Below, in pieces: positions 57,635-64,000 of a DNA stretch of 64,000 bases (position 1 is the stretch's first letter; each line of letters starts with the position of its first letter). The stretch lies in the NCBI GenBank assembly GCA_004764695.1, contig SMSO01000014.1:4970845-5034844 (forward strand), written 5' to 3'. Both the position numbers and the translations under genes were made by a program. This stretch comes from Schizochytrium sp. TIO01. Taxonomy: Eukaryota; Protista; Bigyra: Labyrinthulomycetes. A model generated the notes under the pieces. That model was not told where the DNA came from. It made no database searches and saw only the letters and a list, made by a program, of their open reading frames with translations.

Positions 57635-59356
57635 GGAACGTACTGTTTGTCATTGATAGAGGTTCAATATCTTTCAAACTGAGTTCTCTATATGACGACT
57701 CTCCCTGAAATCCATTTTTTTTTAAAGGAAAGAGGCGTAAAGAGGTAGCACCTATCTAAACACATACATAGGTTCATTTGGGGTCTGCTACTATCTCAGC
57801 ATCTATGCAAAGCTGTCAGGTGCGAATGCACATATAGAAGATTATTGAGCTCGAGTTGCAGATGATCCAAATCGACAGAAACTGATAGACTCCCGAAACT
57901 GCTTGTCAACGCACCATCGTCATTAATTGTACTATCCTTATATCCCACTAACCTGTACAAAGCAAAACAACATCTTTCGAACAATCGTTTTTAAATGTTC
58001 TACGCCAATCTTGCCAATAAATAATATATACATACATGCGACTTAAATTGCATATACACTCTCTAGAGATCGTCAGTATACTAATTCTAAGCAGAACAAA
58101 TAGCACCGTTGTTTGAGCTGCAGAGATTACTAGAGCTACCCTTTGTGTGTGTGTGTGTGGCTCTCAAGGAAAAGGGAAACTTGTTTTGATTTTCGCTGGG
58201 TTATATAAATCGATAAATACTGAAAACTCCTGGAAACTCCTTTTGTTTCATAAGCTAGATAATGATTTTGTTTATGGTGCACCTTCGGTAGGTTTACTTG
58301 AAATATGGGGCCCCAATCCTCTCTTTCTTCAAGAGAAATTTTTAAAAATGTAACATCGTGAGTTAACGACTCTTTGGTACAAAACATCTCTTGTTTGTTT
58401 TAAATTATAAAAAATAATTGAAAAATTAATTGTAAACAATACATATGTATATATATATGTTACATACCTGAAGTGAAGTAAAAGTTAAATAACAATATGA
58501 TTTTCGGGAACTTTGCCAAAGCTTTTCCAACAAAACAGCTTTCGCTTTCTTACAAGTATGCGAGACGAATCGAAATTACTTGGCAAGCCCACTCACTTAC
58601 TTACTAACTAGTAGTTAGTTTATCTACTGATAAGATTATCTATTCTAGCTAGCCTAGATTGTCTATCTACCACATGGTTGGTAGGTAACTAAGTTAGTTA
58701 GTTAGTTAGGAGCTTAAGAGTTAGTTCTCTAAAAGTCAAGCTTTTTGACAGAGTATAAGCTTTTTGACACAGTAGCGCGTAAACAGCCGGGGCTATCAAT
58801 AGTGATTTCCAAATAAACACCTCTATTAGACAAATGTATTCATGACTTCAAAGATAGTTCTGAAGATCAAAAACGTGAGAATTTCAAAAAGTAGTACATA
58901 TTATTTGCGATTTTAGGCACCACTGCCATAGGAAATATTAGGGGGAGGGGTTCTCGGAACCAAATGGGGAGGGTAAAAAAGAAGAGAGCGCTTTCAAACG
59001 CGTGCTCTTCTCTGCAAGTATGAACACAAGCAAGCCTCGGCGAGTGATGCATCGCGTGATATTGGGTATTACTCACCGATGTAATTTAAGTAGTAAGTCG
59101 GCAACCCTGGTGGTAGATAATCATTGACAGGAGAGAAAAGAGGACAGACACGAGTGGCGGCGGCGGAAGAACTAGCAACAGTAGAAAGGGATGACAAATC
59201 CCGCCATACCAGCAAATGTCAACCAACAACAAAGAATTTCTCACGAGGTCAGAAACGGTGCAAGAATATCAAATCTCGTCCGCCCGTGTCAATCATTTGA
59301 GAAAAAGTTGGGACTAGCTAGGTAGTAGTAGCAAATGAACCGAACCAACCAGCAAC

Positions 59357-61042
59357 TTAGTTGAAGCTGATGGGTGCGAAGTTGAAGCCACTGCCGGCGG
59401 CACCGCCCTGGGGCATGTCACCGAAGGAAACGGGCTTGTTAGCGTTGCTGCTGTTGCTGTTGTCCATCATGCTGCCGAAGGAGAACATGCTGCCAGACTC
59501 GTCAAGGCCAGGTGCCATGGAGGCGTGGTTCTCATCGTCGTCCTCTTCGCCACTGAAGAAGTTCTCAATGAGCTCGCGGGCCTTCTGGTACACCTCATCA
59601 CTGGAGTTGGACTGAAGAGCCTCAATGTGCTCAAGGCCGTTGAACTCCTCGACCTGGATCGCGTAGCGCTCCTCGTCGATGCGGAGGATGGACTCGAGGC
59701 TGCCGAGCATGAGGAGGAGAATGCGAGTGTCAGAGACAGTGAGCATCTCGCAGATAGCGCGGATGGCGTTGTAGCGCTCAACGATGCTGACGATGTGCTC
59801 AGTGGAGCCTCCAGAGCAGATGTTGGCGATGGCCCAAGCGGCCTCCTTGCGCACGTGCCACTCGCCGTTCTCGAGAGCGTCAACGATGGCCTCAGGAAGG
59901 CCCGGCATGGCGAGAAGGGCACCGATCTGCTCCTTGGTACCGGCAGTAATGTTGGAGCAAGTCCATGCGACCTCCTTGCGGATAGACATCTTCTGGTGCT
60001 CAAAGAGCTGCACGAGCTCACGGAGAAGTCCGGCGTCGAGGGCGGCCTGGGTGTGCTTGTCCTCACCGGTCACAATGTTTCCGAGAGTACGAAGGCAAGG
60101 CGGCACGCACTTGGACATGCCAGCGCGAAGAAGCTTCACGAGGGTCGGGCAGACGCCGGTGCCCACAATGCAGTCGAGGCGCTCGTTCTCGCCGTCACTC
60201 ACGTAAGAAAGGGCCCAGCATGCGTCGACGGTTGCCTCCTCGTCGCCAGAGCTCTCGATGATCCGTGCAAGCACAGGCACGTACGGTGCGACCATGTTCA
60301 ATGCCGGGCGCGGCTTGCTTCCGCGGCACAAGTTTGACACAGCCCAGGTAACGTTGCGCATCATGGACACGTTTGCCGGCTGCTGAAGGTTAGCGAGGAG
60401 ACCCTCGGGAAGGCCCGGAGTGGCGAGAACAGCGTCGCGGAGCTCAGAGGAGTCACCAGCAACGTTACCCACACACCAGGCGGCCTGCTCGCGCACGGAT
60501 GCCTCGTGGGAGTTGAGGAGCGGGACGAGGAGCGGGAGGACGCCGGCATCCACAATAGAGTCAGTGAGCTCGGAAGAGCCAACGTTGGTGAGAGCCCAGG
60601 CGGCCTCAAACTGGAGAGCGGTGTTGTCATGGCACTGCAAGAACTGGCAGAGGTACGGGAGGAAACCTGCGTCAATCACCTCCTGCACGGGCGGGTCTGT
60701 GGGCTTGGAGAGGAGCTTGCGGAGAGCCTTAGTGCCGGCGAGCTGCTGGTCAGGCTGGCCATCCTGCATGGCCTGAAGCATCTGAGGGAGTGCGGAGAGA
60801 CGGGCCGGAATTTCCACGGCGTCGCCATCGCTCTGCTTGTTGGGCGTAGAGGGAGCATTCTCCTCGGCGGCAGCGGCGGCGGTAGTCTGGCGGCGCTTGC
60901 GAAGGTTGTCCTCTCGGCGGGACTTGCGGATCTGCACGGAGACCTCCTGGCGCTTCTTGCGGCACTCCTCCTGGTCGATGCCGGCCTTGGCGGCGTTGCT
61001 CTTGGCGGCGGGTGCCTCCATCTGAAAGTCACTAAAAAGCAT
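59357..61042 (-). CDS. Importin subunit alpha (karyopherin alpha)
   Basis: IBB domain 'RKKRQEVSVQIRKSRREDNLRKRR', ARM repeats 'LQFEAAWALTNV', 'EQAAWCVGNVAGD', 'WAVSNLCRG', 'KEAAWAIANI', and C-terminal 'VYQKARELIENFF'. Start is ATG 61042 or 61021. Confidence 0.97.
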   Translation of the reverse strand: MLFSDFQMEAPAAKSNAAKAGIDQEECRKKRQEVSVQIRKSRREDNLRKRRQTTAAAAAEENAPSTPNKQSDGDAVEIPARLSALPQMLQAMQDGQPDQQLAGTKALRKLLSKPTDPPVQEVIDAGFLPYLCQFLQCHDNTALQFEAAWALTNVGSSELTDSIVDAGVLPLLVPLLNSHEASVREQAAWCVGNVAGDSSELRDAVLATPGLPEGLLANLQQPANVSMMRNVTWAVSNLCRGSKPRPALNMVAPYVPVLARIIESSGDEEATVDACWALSYVSDGENERLDCIVGTGVCPTLVKLLRAGMSKCVPPCLRTLGNIVTGEDKHTQAALDAGLLRELVQLFEHQKMSIRKEVAWTCSNITAGTKEQIGALLAMPGLPEAIVDALENGEWHVRKEAAWAIANICSGGSTEHIVSIVERYNAIRAICEMLTVSDTRILLLMLGSLESILRIDEERYAIQVEEFNGLEHIEALQSNSSDEVYQKARELIENFFSGEEDDDENHASMAPGLDESGSMFSFGSMMDNSNSSNANKPVSFGDMPQGGAAGSGFNFAPISFN

Positions 61043-63126
61043 TCTGTTGTGGCTGTCTTCTGTCTGGTTGGTCCACCTATGTATATATATGTATGTGTAT
61101 GTACTAAAAGAAAACCTGGGAAACGAAGCGGAAGCCTGGTCTCCTCTGGTACTTTGCTGTCGCTGCTGTTGTAGTTTGGAGTCTTAGTTTGGGGTTTGTT
61201 TGAACCTTTGTTTCTCTGCTCGCTCCGAAGAGTCGAGTTGCTTTGAAGAGGCTTTCTTCGAAGTCTTGTTTTGGTTTTGCTTCGCTTCCTTCGGCCTCCG
61301 CGAGGGCCTCTCCGATTTGAATTTTTGAATATTTGAATTTGAATATTTGAATTTTTTCGAGCTGGCATTCTGCGTTCCTCTGGCAATCCACAATACGAGG
61401 ATATCACGGTTTACCGAGGATATCTCGGAATTGGCACACGCCTCTGGGGCCAGTTTACCCTAACCAGGTTAATACGCATCTAGTACCCCGCGGTGGGGGG
61501 GCGCGCGGTAGTTACTTTGGCCCTACAGGCTCTTATAAAGGCCTATGGTGCACACTCTCTGCCGATGCCTTCTGACTACAGCGGATTTGGCGATCCCACA
61601 ATCTCACGGAATGAATCGCGGTCAACCGAAGTAAGTATATCTTCGGCTGTAGACCGCCTCCCTCGCCGGAGGACCGACCTGGCTGGCGGTCGTTGGCGTC
61701 CTGGCGGAGCTAAGTGAGTCTTCGCGGGCGGAGGAGCGGTGGTTAACTCGATTGCCTTTTGGAGCTTCGGCACTCTCAGGCCCTCCGGCACGGCCTGATT
61801 GGAAGTCCGAGAGGCGTTCTTTGGCCAGCATTGCGAAGCAGGCAGTTCGCCCTCATAAGCCGACTGATAGCAACTCCCGGGAAGCGGCTCTGGCGGGTCT
61901 TTCAATGGTGGTTGGGAATTGGTCGCATAGTTTGTCATGAAGCAGAAGACATTTATTTGCTTATTTGCTTATTTGCTTATTTAGTTATTTAGTTATTCAC
62001 TCGTGGACCTACTCTCTTATTAGCTTGCTCGCCTTGGAGTTTGCGTGGTCGCGGAGAAGAACTTGAAGGATTTGCGCGGCTTTCTGGCGGGTGGCGGCGG
62101 GCTAGAGCGATTGGTCGAGGAGCGACGACGGGGGCTTTTGTGGCTTGTTCGTTGATTTTGTTTTACAAGGAGAACTTCGCTCGCTTGAGAGCGAATTGCG
62201 GAATGTAAGAGGCAATGGAGCCAGCGAGCCCTTGGGTCGATGACGGAGGTGTACTTGAGAGCGGGGAATGATGGCACCAAAAGGCTGGAGCAAGATGGAG
62301 CGCTTTCGATGACAAAACTGATTCCCGGAAGCTGACTGACTGACTGGCTGGTAGACTGAGGGTAAACACGAGAGTGCAACTTTATATTGGAGTAGGACCT
62401 GACACCGATTGCAGTGCAGCTTAGCTGCTATGGAGAGTGGATCAAGGTTTGGTCGATGCCTTAAAATAACCATCTGCAGGGAGGCTGTGGTTTTATTGTA
62501 GATATCAAATATTATTACATAGGGTGAAATCACTATTTTAGAAAAGTATAGAAGAAAATATTTTTGAGAGCGGATGGTACAATTTTGGAAACCTATTAGT
62601 AGTACCAATTGGATGTAGGAATTACAAGGCATCTGGGGAATGGAAAAAAAAAAAAAAAAAACACCAGTCCAAGTTAGGAGCCCCAAACCACAATCTCTGT
62701 CACCGCTCTCGAAAACCAATAATGATAGATTCTCGTATGATTTACTCAAGTTTCTTTGTAGTGGTAGGGATGGTATTCCTGACTGACGCAAGGGAATACG
62801 GAGAGGGGGGAAAGATAAACCATGGATTTCAACAATCATCAGCATCTTCGGCAAGAGTATAAAGAGTTTCTTTAACTCTGTATCCTATTTATTGTTTTTC
62901 ACACACGTTGCAGGGGCGCCAGTAGAATGGAGGAGTAGAGCCCCATAATTTCCATGGACTTAAATCCCAATAAACAAGAGAAAGAACGACACAAGGATTA
63001 AAAAAAAAAAATAGAAAAAAGGGAATAAAAAATGCGTGCAAACAAAAGATAGTTAAGCAATGGCCGTGTAGCGCAAATGAATATGAATAGGGACAGGGAA
63101 CAAAGACAGTATTAAGCACCATCATA

Positions 63127-64000
63127 CTATTTTGAGGGATCTGAGGGCTGGTTTTCAGACTGTGCATTGGGATCTCCTTGTTCTTCCGGGACCTGCGGAG
63201 CGAATTTAGGGGCCGCCTCCGGATCCAGGTCAAAGTGCTCTTTGAATAGATTAAGGATGTAGGAGCGCAAATTTGACGCAGACTGATAGTACGATGTTTC
63301 TGGACCATTATAGATGCAACAGTTATCACACATGCGCAGCATATCATCTCGGAGTGGCTCGGGCGATTTGTAGTACTGCCCATGGTCCAGACGTTTTTTA
63401 ATGAGAGAAATATCAATCGGGTCACGAATAATATCAAGATAGTCAGCAACAACATCCCCGACAGGTTCCTGAAATGGCCAAGCCTCCCGGTGAGCCTTGA
63501 CCAAACGTGCAACTGTGTATAGACGGCTTTGCATTTCATAATATTCGGCATGGTCCTCTGGATCGCCAGTACCTTCGAGGTTATGATGGACCATGCGAGA
63601 GAGAAACCGAACTGGCATAGCCCAGCCGGCCTCGCGCACGCCACGCACTTGGTCTTGCAAGTGTGTGATAGTTAGACCATCGCGAAAGTTCAAACCAGGG
63701 TACACCCGCTCCGCAGTCGAATTCTGCTTAATTTTTTGAAAGAGGAACTTGCGCTGCGAGGCGATCATTTCTGGGATATGAAGGTAATCCACATACTCAT
63801 TTACGCTACATTCCATCAAGGTTCCACCATCGTAGTCCTTAATATAGCCCCGCCAGCGCTCTCGTGGCATTGTGATGATTTTCGTAAACCCTTGCTTGCG
63901 AAAGTAGCCGATCGCAAAATTGTCAGCGTAGGTTAGGAAATGTGTAAGCTGAACAGACTTGACCCACTGCTTCAAGTGGTTCATGAGTTTGGTACCCACG
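63127..64000 (-). CDS. GCN5: GCN5/PCAF histone acetyltransferase, 3' part (end of GNAT domain plus bromodomain); 5' end lies outside the window
   Basis: 'FLTYADNFAIGYFRKQGF', 'GYIKDYDGGTLMEC', bromodomain 'AWPFQEPV..VADYLDIIRDPIDIS...NCCIYN'. Confidence 0.95.
   Translation of the reverse strand, partial: VGTKLMNHLKQWVKSVQLTHFLTYADNFAIGYFRKQGFTKIITMPRERWRGYIKDYDGGTLMECSVNEYVDYLHIPEMIASQRKFLFQKIKQNSTAERVYPGLNFRDGLTITHLQDQVRGVREAGWAMPVRFLSRMVHHNLEGTGDPEDHAEYYEMQSRLYTVARLVKAHREAWPFQEPVGDVVADYLDIIRDPIDISLIKKRLDHGQYYKSPEPLRDDMLRMCDNCCIYNGPETSYYQSASNLRSYILNLFKEHFDLDPEAAPKFAPQVPEEQGDPNAQSENQPSDPSK

Noticed and set aside
58690-58725. Telomere-like TTAG/TTAGG run
   Set aside because: Only a few TTAG units, interstitial; part of a TA-rich patch.
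59361-61407. Overlapping ORFs on importin-alpha (59525-60337, 60506-61174, 60676-61407), and likewise 41030-41647 on cyclophilin
   Set aside because: Antisense or off-frame shadows of highly biased genes.
62102-63644. 250-aa ORFs 62102-62854 and 62889-63644
   Set aside because: The first has a non-ATG start and low-complexity UTR-like composition; the second is an off-frame overlap of GCN5 running into its 3' UTR.

Overview
Eukaryotic nuclear DNA, not prokaryotic: it has GT-AG introns, dense microsatellites, and chromatin and nuclear-transport genes. Gene style and intergenic texture suggest a heterotrophic stramenopile, probably a thraustochytrid/labyrinthulomycete; this is inference and was not searched. 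About 13 protein genes are supported: a TLDc protein, an F-BAR+SH3 protein, RCE1 CAAX protease (2 exons), RhoGAP, an orphan helical nuclear protein, a PAPS/APS reductase fusion, cyclophilin, a Hos1/HDAC8-like deacetylase, a large EF-hand protein (2 exons), an ARM-repeat protein, an F-box/EF-hand protein, importin-alpha and the 3' part of GCN5. Three gene-poor, simple-repeat-rich tracts (about 1-8.2, 25-41 and 51-56 kb) separate them. The best candidate for an undescribed system is the Fe-S-less PAPS/APS reductase, which has a mitochondrial-type presequence and is fused to an unusual CxxC thioredoxin-like domain plus a coiled coil, suggesting a self-contained, possibly mitochondrial sulfate-reduction enzyme. 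The second candidate is sequence-encoded chromatin architecture in the gene-poor tracts: helically phased TAG motifs every 10-11 bp and AT/GC alternation about every 350-400 bp. Two genes are split by +1 shifts at AAA codons, most likely sequencing errors but testable. No tRNA, rRNA, CRISPR array or recognisable transposase was seen. All family calls come from motif recognition by eye.
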